From Phoronis australis (taxonomy: Eukaryota > Animalia > Phoronida): DNA of 64,000 bases. Of this stretch, positions 1 through 13,525 are shown in pieces. The notes beneath the pieces are model-generated. The model made no database searches, was not told the DNA's origin, and saw only the letters and a program-made list of their open reading frames with translations. The stretch's first letter is position 1; each line of letters begins with the position of its first letter. The DNA lies in contig NMRA01000156.1 in NCBI GenBank assembly GCA_002633005.1, positions 584,488 to 648,487 of the forward strand, read 5' to 3'. The translations under genes were made by a program, and so were the position numbers.

Positions 1-3000
1 AAAATTAACCACTTCACCCATGATCTTAACTTCTCAACAAGTGACCTTTGACCTAGCGCAATTGAAGTGTCAGTCATAAATGGCTATCACTGGGCTTTTC
101 AGGTAGACACTCTATTGTCACATCTCCCTGTGAAAACGAGGTGTCCAACAGTGAGGTGTCCAACAGCATGTCAAAACGCCACCCACACTGCGCTAGCTGC
201 ACATTGCAACAGGATCTACGGAATTCAATTAAAATCCAACATATAATCCTGGTACTGAATTGAGAAACAATGCAAAAAAAGATTTTCAATTGACACAGGT
301 CTCGACTGATGCATCCAATTCAGTCCTGCATGAAATAACCAGCACAAAGTTACATTTTCACACATGCATTCCATATTGGAACTTTATTAAGTATGACCAC
401 GAAAAATAAATAGAAGTGGAATAATAATTAGGTCAGGGATAACGGGACCTATGGCGGGCATCAAAATGAAACGAACATAATTTTTCACCTGACAGAATAT
501 TTAATTTTAATTGCACTACAGATTAAAACTGCGAAACGGCACTATGACAACATACCATGGGCTTGAAGCAGTTAATTACCTTTGCATGTATTTAGAACAA
601 CACCCATATGAAATGCGTTAAGTTTATGTTTACAGCACTTGGTCACCCAAGGAAATGGGTTCAGTATCTGATATGTCAGGGAATGCATACTTTAATACAG
701 CAGTATTGCTAGCATTACTTCAACAGTTAACAGTGGACATCCTTTCAAATTCACGAGCCATAACTATTATACCATTTCAAAGGAGTTGCAGGCATGCTAG
801 ATGCTTGCTGACAAAAATATACCTCACAGTCAAAATATACCTTACAGTCAAAATATAATACACGGTATGTAGCCAAGTACAAGCTTTCAAACCATGAAAT
901 TTATGCCAGACAATTGGCAGATAAAACGATCTAAGTGAATTTTAAAGATGTACTTGTGAAACGAAAATTTCATTGCGTCACAGAAAACGTTATCCTTTTG
1001 ATGTCGCTATAAAGCAAAAATGAACATTGTGTTAAACATGCAAACTGGCTTATTGACGAGTACCAAGTTTAGTTAGAAAGCTGGTTGCCAAGTGAGTTTT
1101 GAAGACCTGTCAAAATACACTTAGAGAACCCTGTCGGTGAAATTCAAGACATCAGTTAACCAATTGGCCTGTTCTTTGTTGTAATTACTAAAGGGTTAAG
1201 TACATGGCGTGTTCTTGATAAGACGTTTTGACAATGCGTTAAAATATATGCAAATATACTGCGATTTTCCTCAAATGGCATGCAAGCTCCAAAGATTGAT
1301 CTGAGGGCATCAAAGCCGGCCATCAATAAATGCGAGAAGGAAGAAACAAGATGCCACTGGTGTGGTGGTGAACAAAAAAAAACGATTATCTCGTTTACAA
1401 TCAACTGGACTGCACAGAACCACAGACTCACTGAAACGCATTAGATCACACCTTCATAATTGGCATAACAGGGCTCACAAAAGAGCAGTCGGAATAAAGT
1501 TTCAGATCGCATGGATCACCTAGTCGTTTACCTGTCCTCAATGCTGTCAGTCAGAAAACGAGCAGAGCTGAAGTTGCAGTCGACTGAGTGGTGGGATTGA
1601 TTTTAAAATTGACAAAACTGTACTTAGTGAGGCTGTTAAATCTCTGCAGAATTGTGCTAGAGCTGGTTAATTGCTGGTCTAAATTATACTTCAAGTTTAA
1701 AGAAAACATATTCAAGTTTTATTTATGTTACAGCTGAGGCTTTGATGAGAAGTGCAGGGGAATCGCTAATGATCGCGGCAGACCTTTAAATAGAAACCCA
1801 TCCTAAAATTTTAATTGCAGATTAATTCAGTGAAACGAAGCTAACCTTGTTAAAAGCTGCCAAGATAACATTATAAATTAGAGCCGGCATATCATAAAAG
1901 CATAGGAGTCTAAGATATGGTGAACATATGGCGTGCCTGAATTTCTCAAGTTTTATGTATACTGTGTGGGAAATGTGTTGAAAAGATGTCTGAATTGGAG
2001 TAGGTACAAATTTACATGATTTAATTCTGTTCAGGAGTGCAAAGTCATTAGATAGTTAATTCCCCGTACACTGCCAGTTTACTTTGCTGCCGAGGAGAAG
2101 TGGAACTAATTTCTGTTCAAGACAAGTTAAAAAGCCCACATAGAGTTAAGTGTCTTAACATGGCTAATGAAAATTTGCCTAACTAACTACATAGTTCAAT
2201 TAAATGACAAACAAGCTGTAAAGGAAGAAAAATCATAATGCTGATGAAATAAAGTTGTTTACACTTTTACAGTAAATGGTAACACTGAAAAAGATCCGCC
2301 CTGAGCTTGAAAGGTTTGAACAATACTTTCATAAAAGTAACATAATCTATGGTCATTTTTAGTTTAAGTTGCAGAGTTAAACACTCCTTTCGACCATGAC
2401 TAACTTAAGTGTTCACTTAAAATTCCCCTAAAATATGAATACACCCAACTCTTTATTTCACAGAATGTTTTGAAAACAAGAATGCAAAGCAATTCTAAGA
2501 ACATGCTGAGACAAAGAATGTGTTATCGTAACCTTGTAGACTTTAAACAATGCATTAAAAACTAAACCAGTTCCCAGAAGCATTTTTGTTTTAAAATAAA
2601 CCAATGAAAAACATGGCTGTGAGAAAGAGTCTAAAAGAATTTCACCTACTCTAAAACTCCTATAAGTCAGCACATGCATACATAAGTTGAATTCTCACTT
2701 CACACGGACAAAGTTACGCAGAACCGTTGCTCTAGTCCTGAATTTGGCCTTCAGATGAGTTGACTTGTATTTCGCCTCGCTGTCATAAAATCTCTTGGTC
2801 CAGTTGTATCTGGTTTAAGCAAGTTTCAATGCACATACCAACACAAACTGTTGAATGATTTCAAATTTCCATTCCTTGACTTGTACTATACTTCTATGCT
2901 GTAGTATTGTATGTTAAGTAATTTCAATTCAATCAGATTGTACATTGCTATGGTAGTACAAGTCAATAGAAGATTTCTACAGCATCTTTTTTAGGTTAAA

Positions 3001-6000
3001 CAATATTTTCAAATAATACTTTTAACATCTTCCTCCAGCAAAAACTCGGATAAGCGCCGTTTTCAGACCATGTGTGCAAGCACCAAATGCGTCAAAATTC
3101 TAAAATCTACACAAGCAATTCCTATTATCCAAAAAAGATTGACACTAATAACAAATCCGGGTGTGAAAATTACAAAATTACGACAAAACGGGCCCCCAGA
3201 CAAAACAAGGTGACATTGTCTTGATACCTATGAGCGCGTTTGAGGTTGACTGCTAACAATACAGCAAATCATAATCTGGTATATTAAATACGTTATTTAG
3301 AAGAAGTTTAAGATTCAGCTAGAAACAGAAAGGCCCTTAAGCAACTCAAATAACGTGATGAACGTTTAAACACTTGCCACTTAAAGCAACTCAAATAACG
3401 TGATGCACACTTCAACATTTAAAGCTGCTTTACGCCGCATAGTTGGCTAGAAAAACTAAATCAAATTCGAACTTTTACTCTCATAAAACCAGTCTCATAT
3501 CATTGGCTATACCGCAGAATAGAAATGCGACTATGCAATTTTGGTTTCGATGCTATCTTTGGAAAAGGAAATAATATCGATTTTACATAACTAAAACTTC
3601 TAATTCCATTTTCATTTTTAGCCAGCTCAACAGCGCAATCACTAGAACAGTGGAATAAAAAAATCTTATGCAACCCAAAAAAACTTTTTCTATTGACGTC
3701 CTTAATATCATGAGTTCCGCTTAAATGTGTTTATACATCATTTCATAATTCAACTCCACAGCTATTAGATTAAATAAGAAATTAACATAAAGTCGACTTG
3801 GTATTTAAATTGAATTTCCAACTCGATCAATAATGCTGGTAAAATGAGCAAAATTTCAAAGAGTAATCACCATGACCTTGTGACTTAACAATAACATAAA
3901 CCTAATACATTCAAACAATTTCTTATAATATAAAACTAATTTAAATATTTTAATAACTCATTTACTATTGGTTCCAAGCCAAATACATATTTCGAACATG
4001 TAGTTTTCTATTGCAGACCACGAAGCACTACAGAACGTAAAACACTTCGTGGTCTGCAAAGCCACCTAGCGATCAAAATGGTAGGGAAAATTGTGTAAAT
4101 TTTCCACACAGGCATGAAACCTAACATAAACCACAGTTACCATCAGCGGGGACGAATCAGTAAGATACTTTCTAAAAAGGAAGAAAACAACAATGTAGGC
4201 AACCCCCAGTGATATATTTGACATGGATAAGAGACTATAAATGCATCGAGATTATATTCAAGAGTACAACACACAGGGAGTAACCACCACTCAATGTAAA
4301 ATAAGGTGAACTTGAATTGAAATTTATGACCCGCGAAATCGCTGCTCTTAAGCTCAAGTCAAAGGCGAAATTACCAACTGGCAGAAGTTGTTAATATTCT
4401 CAACTGTGAAACCAAACCAGCAGCAACTGAGGATCACTAATAAAAACAAAATTTGGAATTACTCTAGGAACATGCACTAGATTAGAGAACAAACAACCAA
4501 GCATCATCCTGTATGCATTGCAAAGTAAGCAACCCAATAATGACCACCAACTTTCCCTAGTTTGGTCTATAGCTGTCCATAGCCTGGTGCCAAACAAAAT
4601 GTGTGCATGTTGAACCAATAGAACCACTATGTACTCAGTGACTTTAATTTTTAATCCCCCCTTTGTTCAAACAGGAGAACATCTGCATACAATTAGTTGA
4701 TATTTGTTTAAATTTTCAATATCATTACCAGAGAACAGCCACCTTTTAAAGAGTCAATCTTTAATACATAGCACCTACAGAACAGATGCCCACATCTTTT
4801 TAAACACCAATTTCCTGATGAAACAGCTTAGGTGTTTATACAACTCGACACATTTACTGTAACCGGTTCCGAAAATTTTCACAAGCTTTCTCCATTATTA
4901 AAATAGATAGAGAGCAAGGGTGTATAAATAGTGAATTATTTTTTCATCATCATTCTGAATATTTTTCAAAGGTCATTATATTAAGAACATGCCGCTTGAA
5001 TAACATACATGTTAAGATGTTATCTTATACTTGAATCTTGATATTTATTTTTATTCCCGCTCGTAAATGCCTCCAGAAATAGCTTTGAATGCAGCTTTGT
5101 AGAAAATAATCCATCGTTGTTTGCACAGCCTGGGCCTAAATGGTACTAATATTTTTAAATAACATACTTGAAATTTTAATAGCAATCCCCAGTATCTATG
5201 AAACTAGTTTATGATATCATGCACACCAGATGTAAACATCGTCCAACCCTGATAATAAAAATCAATTCTAGCCCCTCAGAACAATGAGTTAATTGATCAC
5301 CAATCGAACAACTTTGACACTAGGCTAATTGAAATTAAATTTTTCCAAGATCAATTACAGAAGACGGACAAAAACAGCCAGGCTAAACGCCAGGCAGCTG
5401 AGCTAGACGAAGTGTAAATGATAAGACTAATGGGAAGTTCTTTACAAGGTCAACTCTGACGTGTTTTGAAGATTTCTGAAAAATTCAAATTATTTACACT
5501 TGAGGATAAATTCAACTTCAAGACGACAAGCGCGGCTGGCGATTAGGAATGAGGCGTGTTAACTGAATTTATGTAAAAACCTGACCACATAAAGACTTGG
5601 GACTTTTACAGCCTATAACTGTGCTAAATTCGATTCGAAATATGAACTAAAACAGTTTCTAGCGAAAAGCGGTCATGAAATTTACCTCATTATTTAGACC
5701 CGTCTTCGCAGTCCGTCCATCTTAGCATGTAGCAGAGTATAACAAGCTCGCTATAAATCGAAGCCGGAAACATGAGGTCAGAGGTCAAAGGTTATTTATG
5801 GTTGAAATGTTTACTATCTAATTTCCCAGATTTTAGCTTTCTAAAATCGTAGTATAATTTAAGAGGGTATCAGTGGTAATTTCCCACTTGAAAGTGAGGA
5901 TATACTGATTTTTTTCGTATTTATTCTTTGCATTTGCTGTAAATTTCTTGATTACTTTATTCGTGTAACACAATCTGTATACAATATGGCAGCCTCCATA

Positions 6001-9000
6001 ACGATGTATAGCCTTCCAGGGAACATGGATTTGGGATTTTACATCTAAGCAAAAACTGGAAGGTAATCTATGTCACTATGAAAAGTTTTTATGGTTCAAT
6101 AGAATTTTCCTTACTGTTTTGATTATAATAGAAAGCCCGCCAGGTCAGAAAGGAGGAGCAACGAATAAAGCGGGATAATACAACGTTCCCTGATTTAATT
6201 CGAACCAGTCGATTACTGAATTATGGGTACATCATTGAGACAAATGTGTAACACTGTGACTTGAATTGTGGTATCCCTCACGAGAGCTGAGCATCCAAAC
6301 CACTCAGCGAAAAGGCAATTTCCGCTTGGCAAGCGATTTGGAGAAGCTTTAGGAGTGACCATATCCGCTGCAAGTGTATACCAGTCACAAACCAATGCTA
6401 TTTAAAAATGCTGGCTTTGCTTGCAGTTTTTGTAAGCAGCAGTTGTCAAAGAAATTTGACAAAATATGGAGTGTGCGACCCTCACAATAGTTTAGAAACA
6501 TACCTGGATTATAAAATGATCATTCTCTGTTCAGTTCACGTTTCCTGCACAAGAATTAGCAACCCAAAATTTAAAAAATTTGTTGATGAAAAGAGCACCT
6601 GCACAATGGCGACTTCTATGTCTGTTTCTGGTTCTGCCAGATTAAGATCTTGAGGGTCGGTCTCGTTTCGAAATCAACCAGTGGCATTTAAGTACAGACT
6701 TGGTCATTGGGTTAACTATTGACATCTTTTCTCAAATCACGACATCAACTTACGACAGTATAACTCAGCGACAAGACGTGGAACATGTCTTATTTACATA
6801 TGGGTTACATGTCCTGTGTATACAGGCGAGAGAACACTCCATTAAAAAATTATTCATCTCAAAATACAGCGAATAACTTCAAGAATGAAACATGGATACA
6901 CACTGACAATTAATTAACAGATTCTGGAGACAGTTAAGTCAACATAATTTGAATATATTTATTAGAGAGAGAACTTTTCATTTTATCAGATGCAAATGTA
7001 CTATATGAAAGAGAACTAAACTGGTTTTCTGGTACGTACACAACTGGTCACAATATGTCGCATAGAATAACATTTCATCGACATGAAAATCTGTCGCCGT
7101 TCATTTGAGCTTCCTTCACCAGGTACCATATTGAGGGCGCTATTCGAAATCATGCCTGCTAACAAACAAAAAGTCCGAGGGACAAAAATCTTACAAATTT
7201 CAGCAGATGTCCTTCCTGATAATGGTACATTTTGTAAGTGTCACGTACATGGTCACGTACTTTGCTCAGTCTCACTCTTGTCCTTCCCTAACTTGCATGA
7301 CGTGAATTGAAATACTTTGTGGTTATCGGTCGCAGTTTAGAAGTTAACGGCGACCAAAACAGTGAGAGTTGGAATTCTTCACCAAAGTCATCTTAATTCC
7401 TGTAGACATGCTTCATCGAAGTTGTATGTAGAAACAGAAAGGATCACTGAAGAAAGCAAGTGGTTTCTTAAGTTTTAAGTGTAAGGTGAAAACCTCTTAA
7501 CTGGTGAGTGCATTTGGCATACGACCAGTTTAAAATGAAATCAACCTAGAGACCGATGGGGAGTGTTGTAGTCCCTAGCCAGCCAGTGATCACGTGCTTC
7601 ACGATTCTATGACTGTGCCACTGAACTCCAGTCACGACCATTGAAGTCCCTTTCCTGTGCCAACAGATGTCAAACCCCTGTTACATTTCTCCAAGTTCAC
7701 AACCATAATCTCTATACATCTGTCGAAAATGATCTCTGGAACTGGGGACCAGATTCTTTGCTGGTCCCTGCAATCGGAGCTTAGTCCTGGACTAGAATTT
7801 GGTCAGGTGTACACTAGGCTTTTTGCCGCATGTGTGAAGCTATCGGGCACTTGTTAGTGGATTTGCATCAATTGTGTGAGTGTCTTGTGATCTGGGTCTG
7901 GGATATAGGAGGGGGCGTTTTTCTTAAGATAACTTGGATTTAGCTTGATCTTGAAATCTTAAATATTAATTTAATTGCTAGTAGTTTTCAACAAACTTTT
8001 TTTGAAAATTACTGTCAGTAATTTGTGTGTTAGTACGAATGGTCATAATGAGATCTGGGTTGTGCAAAAAACATTTGAAAAGGGGTGAAAGCCATTGCAT
8101 TTTGTAAATCGAGATTAATCACCACTGATACAAACATTGTACTTTTTATACTTTTTATAACATATTTATCTGATATGCCACCGGGCGGGGTTATACGGAT
8201 TGCTCCTCGCATTTTTACTTAGTGAAATGCAATTTCCCCAAGCTCTGTTGTGAAATTTTTGTTTGTTTCTTGCTTTTTATTTGTTTGTACACGCACTGCA
8301 GATTGCATTTTTCATCTGATCGACATGAAGTTCACAGACAACATGTATTGATGAAATGTCTTAGACATATTGCTTCGAGACCAAATTGGACACAGGATGG
8401 CACTGTGGCAGTCATCTTTTGATTTTTCACTTTGCAGTCCTTTTAGGGATTCCTTTGAAATTTGGTATGTTGATAGAGTTTCTCTAGGGCTATCAAAATT
8501 TGCTGTCTGTTTATAGCTACGGCTTAACATTCTTGCGTTATTCAAGATATTTCGATGACTGCTCTCCTGTCATAGCTTTGGCATCGTTGGACAGAACTGG
8601 GAAGAGTTTAGTAGCTGTCTCAGGGCGAGAAAAATCTAGCCAAAATCACGTGCTCTCAATTGAAATACACGACATTGTCTCGTGTAATCTTGCAAAGGAT
8701 TGCTTTTTTAGCAAAGTCCTAGCGAGGTCTTGGTGTCGTTGAATTTTACCCTGGTATGTGAATAGATCTCGCCTTGATTCTACGCATATAGAAAGTTTCT
8801 AGCTCCAACTCACCATTCTCGAGATATTCGAGATTTAATGATGACTAAGGTTCAGTGGTGATACGTTTCGTGGGCTGCAGTGTTGTCACATGTCTCAGGG
8901 TTCTGTACCCTTTATCATTGGTGTGGGCGGCATCATTATCCTTGGCCTAGTTGGTGTCCTGGGCGTCTTGTGGCGTGATTGACATCAGTGGTGTTGTACT

Positions 9001-9379
9001 TTTTTGTCATTGTCCGTTTTAGCGGGAGATTCAAGGTAACGACGTTGTTTATGCAGTTGTGGCTTTGAGAACATTTTTAGCGTTATGTACCAGCAATATC
9101 ATCAGTCTTAGAGTTGGTATGGTCATCTTTGGTCATGTTGTGGGTGATGATGGCGGCATTGTCAGTGTTGCTGACTGTGTCAGTGACAATATTTTGCTCT
9201 AAGAAGTCATGCTCTGGATTGTCATTGGTGCCATGGACGTTGTCGCTCTGTGAGAGCACTTTCGTTGTGTTGTCATCAAAATGGTGTATTAGTCAATACT
9301 GATTGCAGATTGCATGACTTAGTTGCAAAAATGCTTGTTTAAAGGTATTGGTGCCTTTTATTTTTGTAACTGAATTTTC

Positions 9380-10260
9380 TCACAGAAGCAGTATTACAAA
9401 TAGCTATAAAAAGCATTACTTTATTGCCCTGTAATTGAGCACATACACCTAGTTGTGGACCTGCACCTAATTGCAGAACTTAGGCACATGCGCCTACACA
9501 TGTGCAGGACATTTGAGTACCACCAGATTTTACTCATTTGTCCAATTACATAGATTAAAATGTGTGTCGTTATGCACTCGGGTAATGAGTTCTTGAGTAA
9601 ATATTTCCATGGACACAGAGAAATTGAAGTGGACCTCCAATTTTTTTTGAAATCGGGTTCACTGGAAGTATAGGGCAAGCACAGAGTCATGTTGGAAGTC
9701 AATATCTTGTTCCCGTTTGTGTTTGGAAATTGATCACAATGGTAGCGAAAGTATGACTAGAAATTGTAACAGACTACCAGTTTCAAACAGCAGATGAGGG
9801 CATTTGGTTTCAGATTTATTCCGAACACGTACTTAACTCTTCATAGTATAAAAATTACACACACTTGAAACTGCTCATAAAACCTTCTAAAATTCATTAC
9901 CATGACAGGATTTGGTATCCGTTGGCAACGAGAACTTCAAAGATATCAATGTCTCAAAAAATGTTTATTGGGTCTCCGGAAAGTTGCTTCACGTATGGAT
10001 TGCGTATGACTTTTGAGTCACACGCTCATTGGAAACAATTCTAGATCGAATGCATGTAATGTTTTTTAATCTCGGCTTCTGTTTTTTGGATTTTACCTTA
10101 CGGTACTATGATCTATGCTGGCTGGCATCACTTGGCAATAACTTGCAAGTTAGTTTAGTACCGGTGGGAAACCCCCGAGTTAACTTTACTGTTACATCAA
10201 CACACCTCTTGCAGATTGGACTCGGTGGGAATGAAAATTGGTAAATTTACGCATCTTTGT
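9380..10260 (-). pseudogene. Heavily decayed LINE (CR1/L2-like) 3' fragment
   Basis: Broken minus-strand frames give FFETLISLKFS, YEQFQV and LLKNSLPECI, resembling the C-terminal LFK.L.ILK and WNSLP motifs of CR1/L2 ORF2, followed by AATAAA. Judged by eye only. Confidence 0.4.
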
Positions 10261-11187
10261 GACATTGCAATTCTCTCACCATTTCTGCTGTAGCTTACAT
10301 ATGTCACTCAAATGTGGACATAGGGGTTAATTTATAAAAATATTGATAAGTGTAATTGACTACGGCACACTAAATCACCTGTGAAAAATAGCCATGGCTA
10401 TCATTTGAAATCTAGCCTTCATCATTTTAATAATTTGCTATGTATCTGCTGGTACAATTGGTGAAAAGATTTCACTTCAGACCTGCATTTTAACATGAAG
10501 CTAGATCGACTTTGTTAGCAGTATTTCACGTGCTTGACTTATGTAGTTTACCTTTCTAGAAAAGATTTGCCAATTTCTACTGAGGTTACAATTAAACATG
10601 GGCATCAAGATATAGCCAGCCAAATATTTATGCTGTGAGAAAATTTGATTAGATTGTATTTTTTTCTGATTTCACAAATGTATGGTTAAAGAGCTACTTC
10701 AGGCCATAATTTGGCAGCCTACAGGTTACCAATGTGACCTCAGATTTTTTTTGCGATCTGGCAAAAATCACAAGTTTCCACGAAGTTGCCAGCTTATCGG
10801 CATTCTGACGTTTTTGCCAACTTGTTTCCCATTTGGCTGACCTGGGAATTTTGCGAGGTCGCACTTGGCGAGCTGCTGCTATGTATGGTGAATGACTTTC
10901 TAAAATCGCTCTGAGGTGATGGTGTACGATGGCCGGAGAAGAGACTGACCGAAACGTCGTGACAGTGTATATATAGACTAGAGGTCAGTGTAAATAGACC
11001 AAGAGATTTTAATAATAGATGTATGGTGAAGTCTCACCAATTTTGGATACAATATAGCCGACACGTGAAATTTATTTTTTCATTTATTTTCATTTCAAGC
11101 TTTGTGCCATGGCTGCCATCAAACAGCTGGAAAATGATTCAACATTGATTCACTTTAGCTACTGTTACCTGTACATTGTTCATTTGC

Positions 11188-11200
11188 TGGCCAATCAGAA
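11188..11200. promoter_or_regulatory. CCAAT box (TGGCCAATCAGAA) in a locally CpG-enriched region at the CAAP1 5' end
   Basis: Close match to the NF-Y consensus RRCCAATCAG, next to the putative first exon. It lies unusually close to the ATG. Confidence 0.45.
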
Positions 11201-11208
11201 GGGCAACA

Positions 11209-11244
11209 ATGGTGACTCTTCGGCCATCTGAAAGAATTAAACGC
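11209..11244 (+). CDS. CAAP1: CAAP1 putative coding exon 1 (MVTLRPSERIKR)
   Basis: acaATGG start context, 36 nt open, followed by a GTGAGT donor at 11245 (phase 0). It joins in frame to the acceptor at 11672. The sequence is not conserved, so translation could instead start at ATG 11684. Confidence 0.6.
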
Positions 11245-11671
11245 GTGAGTGCTCGTGAGGTGTCCGATCCGACTCCTTATCCGTGTTAGACTGTGTTAAC
11301 CCATGGTGACCACATGTGTTTGGACAGATTATCAGTATTTTGAAAATTGATATTGCGCTGTTTGCTTCTCCGACGGCAGATGGGACGCCTTTGCGAACAT
11401 TAGGTTTCAGCTTCTGATATGCGTTCCAAACAAGCTTCCTATCCGTCTTCCCATAAGAATTCAACATCTGAACGCAATTCATGTTTAAGTAAAGGCTCCA
11501 ATTATTCTGATTTTTTCTTCCTAGAATTGAGGAATTTTTTCTTTTAATTTCTCGACCTAACATACACGTGATGTTGCATACCTGTGCTTCGTTTATTACG
11601 CTGTCTGTGTATTTTTTCAATGTGAAAATGGTAATCCATTTTTGGTCTATGAATTTCTATGTTATTTGTAG

Positions 11672-11755
11672 GAGAGTCTACACATGGCTGACCGAAAGCG
11701 CAAGCAGACGACAAGTGAAGGTAAAGCAAAGAAAGAGAAAAAAGCGGGAAAATCG
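11672..11755 (+). CDS. CAAP1: CAAP1 exon 2 (ESLHMADRKRKQTTSEGKAKKEKKAGKS), basic NLS-like
   Basis: ttatttgtag acceptor and TCG|gtaaga donor, phase 0/0. Lys/Arg-rich like the CAAP1 N-terminus. Confidence 0.8.
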
Positions 11756-12369
11756 GTAAGACTTGGTCACATGATGTCTGTTGTAGTAAATTACAAAAAA
11801 ATGAAAAAACAATGGCATCAACGATTTGCTCCAAGTGACAATCAATTTAGTTCATTTTCTATTGATTGACTGCTAACTTCCTTCTAATTTTCTTCACAAG
11901 TTTTGCTAAAATTTTGATGACACTGTACAAATTAAACAAGTCTTGAAACCTGTTGAACCTAAAGGAAGTCTTGGATTACTGAAAAACAGTGACAATTTGC
12001 CAATGTTTTGAGTTCACAAAATTCATGTTTTACGGAATGAGGTCATTGGAGCATACCTCAAGCCTATGGGTCTGACATTTTTTACTGACCATGTGATAAA
12101 AATCCACTCTCATTCAATTATTGGGTGCCGTTGGATTCTCTCTTTCAAGTGACGACAACAAATTGATTTGAACTGTGTATTATCTGCTCGATTTAATGTA
12201 TTTAATTAAAATTCGCCAGTAATTTATTGACGTCTCTGGCTTAGTTGTGTTAAGTATTATGTCTAGTTTTCTGTATCAAGGTGAAATGTAATGGCAAATA
12301 TATTTAAACTGTGACACGTTTTTACTGGAATATCAAAACCTGTGAAACACAATATTTCAACATCATCAG

Positions 12370-12543
12370 GGGAAGAAGAAAAAGAAAACAGAAATTACTG
12401 AAGAGACGGACCCTGACCTTGACCTTGGTCGTTTGGTCAAGCCCATTGGCGAGTACGTACGTGATCGAGAGGAAATGGTCAACCAGATGTTTTGGTCACT
12501 GCGAGGACAGAAATTGAAAGCCATGTTACCAGATTTGCTCAAG
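12370..12543 (+). CDS. CAAP1: CAAP1 exon 3, start of the conserved CAAP1 domain (…DLDLGRLVKPIGEYVRDREEMVNQMFWSLRGQKLKAMLPDLLK)
   Basis: catcatcag acceptor. Aligns with human CAAP1 LDLTVSLKPVSFYISDKKEMLQQCF..EKKLQKMLPDVLK (recalled from memory). Ends at a non-canonical AAG|gcatgt donor. Confidence 0.92.
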
Positions 12544-12616
12544 GCATGTATTATCTGTAGATTCACTTACAGGGATATTACTAAGTGAAATTTACTAGAG
12601 TGTGGGTATGCTTTAT

Positions 12617-12981
12617 TTAAAAGGATACTAAACCGGTTTTGGCCTGTCAACATATACTAAAAATGACTTTCTTATTCAGTTTTCAGAAACAAAGTAATGC
12701 TTTGTAATCATCGACAATCCTCAAAAGTTTGGAGGAAAATTTGAAAACTCCTTTCAAAGTCTGCTAAACGAGTAACTGTGACCTACGTTTTTAGTGAATT
12801 ACACAACAAATGTGGGAAAAGACCACCCACCAAAGACCGTAGTGTCCAATATGTGACACGAGGAGTATGAATTTTTAATCCATTCCTGTGTTTAACTTGA
12901 AGACTGACGCCAATGATGCATTAGCAAGTGACAGAACGAGGATTGGTGGAAATCACCGAAACAGGGTTTAGTATCTTTTAA
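12617..12981. mobile_element. TTAA-flanked MITE (Kolobok/piggyBac-type target site)
   Basis: ttaaaaggatactaaacc at the left end and ggtttagtatcttttaa at the right end are inverted repeats. Confidence 0.65.
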
Positions 12982-13289
12982 GGTGGCTTAAGACAGGGTG
13001 GACTTACTGCTATGTGTCGGAAACCACCAGCTTTCATGTCTGCAATAAACTTTGATAATTTGACATTTTGAAATATGTTGCGTAATTTTATCATGTTGCC
13101 AGCATGAGTGAAATACACTCACCTGCCTCCAATTTACATTCATTTGTTTGAAACTGCCTGCCTGTATATGTGTACATTTTCAGTAGAGTTTCAATAGAAT
13201 TTAGATTAAAATGGCGAGGTAAGACCAATAGGAAGGAGTCTTAACACAAAAATACAACTCTTTAGTGTTGAGAGAGTGTAAAACGTACA

Positions 13290-13460
13290 ATCTTCTTTCC
13301 CGTCCCCCTCCACCTCCCTTCCCATCCTGCTCCCTCCCTGTCCCCCTCCCTCCCTGTCCATCCCTCCCTGTCCTCTCCCTGTCCTCTTCCTTCCCCTCCC
13401 TCNCTCACTCGGACCCTCCCTCATATTGTCTCTCCCTCCGAACTGTCTGTCCATTTCCCT
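13290..13460. repeat. Polypyrimidine (CCCT/CTGTCC) low-complexity tract
   Basis: Nearly pure C/T on the + strand; contains the ambiguous base n at 13404. Confidence 0.85.
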
Positions 13461-13525
13461 GTCACAATTCGATTCAGAACTTGAAATAGCTTAACTTTGA
13501 TTTGAGGTTATTTTCTTTTTTTCAG

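Noticed and set aside
5686-5750. Minus-strand coding exon
   Set aside because: All three frames contain stops between the best acceptor and donor.
7560-8220. LINE endonuclease remnant on the - strand (RDFNGRDW)
   Set aside because: A single GDFN-like motif is insufficient evidence by eye.
11169-11227. Internal minus-strand coding exon (DGRRVTIVALLIGQQMNNVQ) with ttctttcag acceptor and gtaaca donor
   Set aside because: It overlaps the better-supported CAAP1 first exon and the CCAAT box, and has no recognisable homology or upstream partner exon. Kept only as the divergent-transcript hypothesis.
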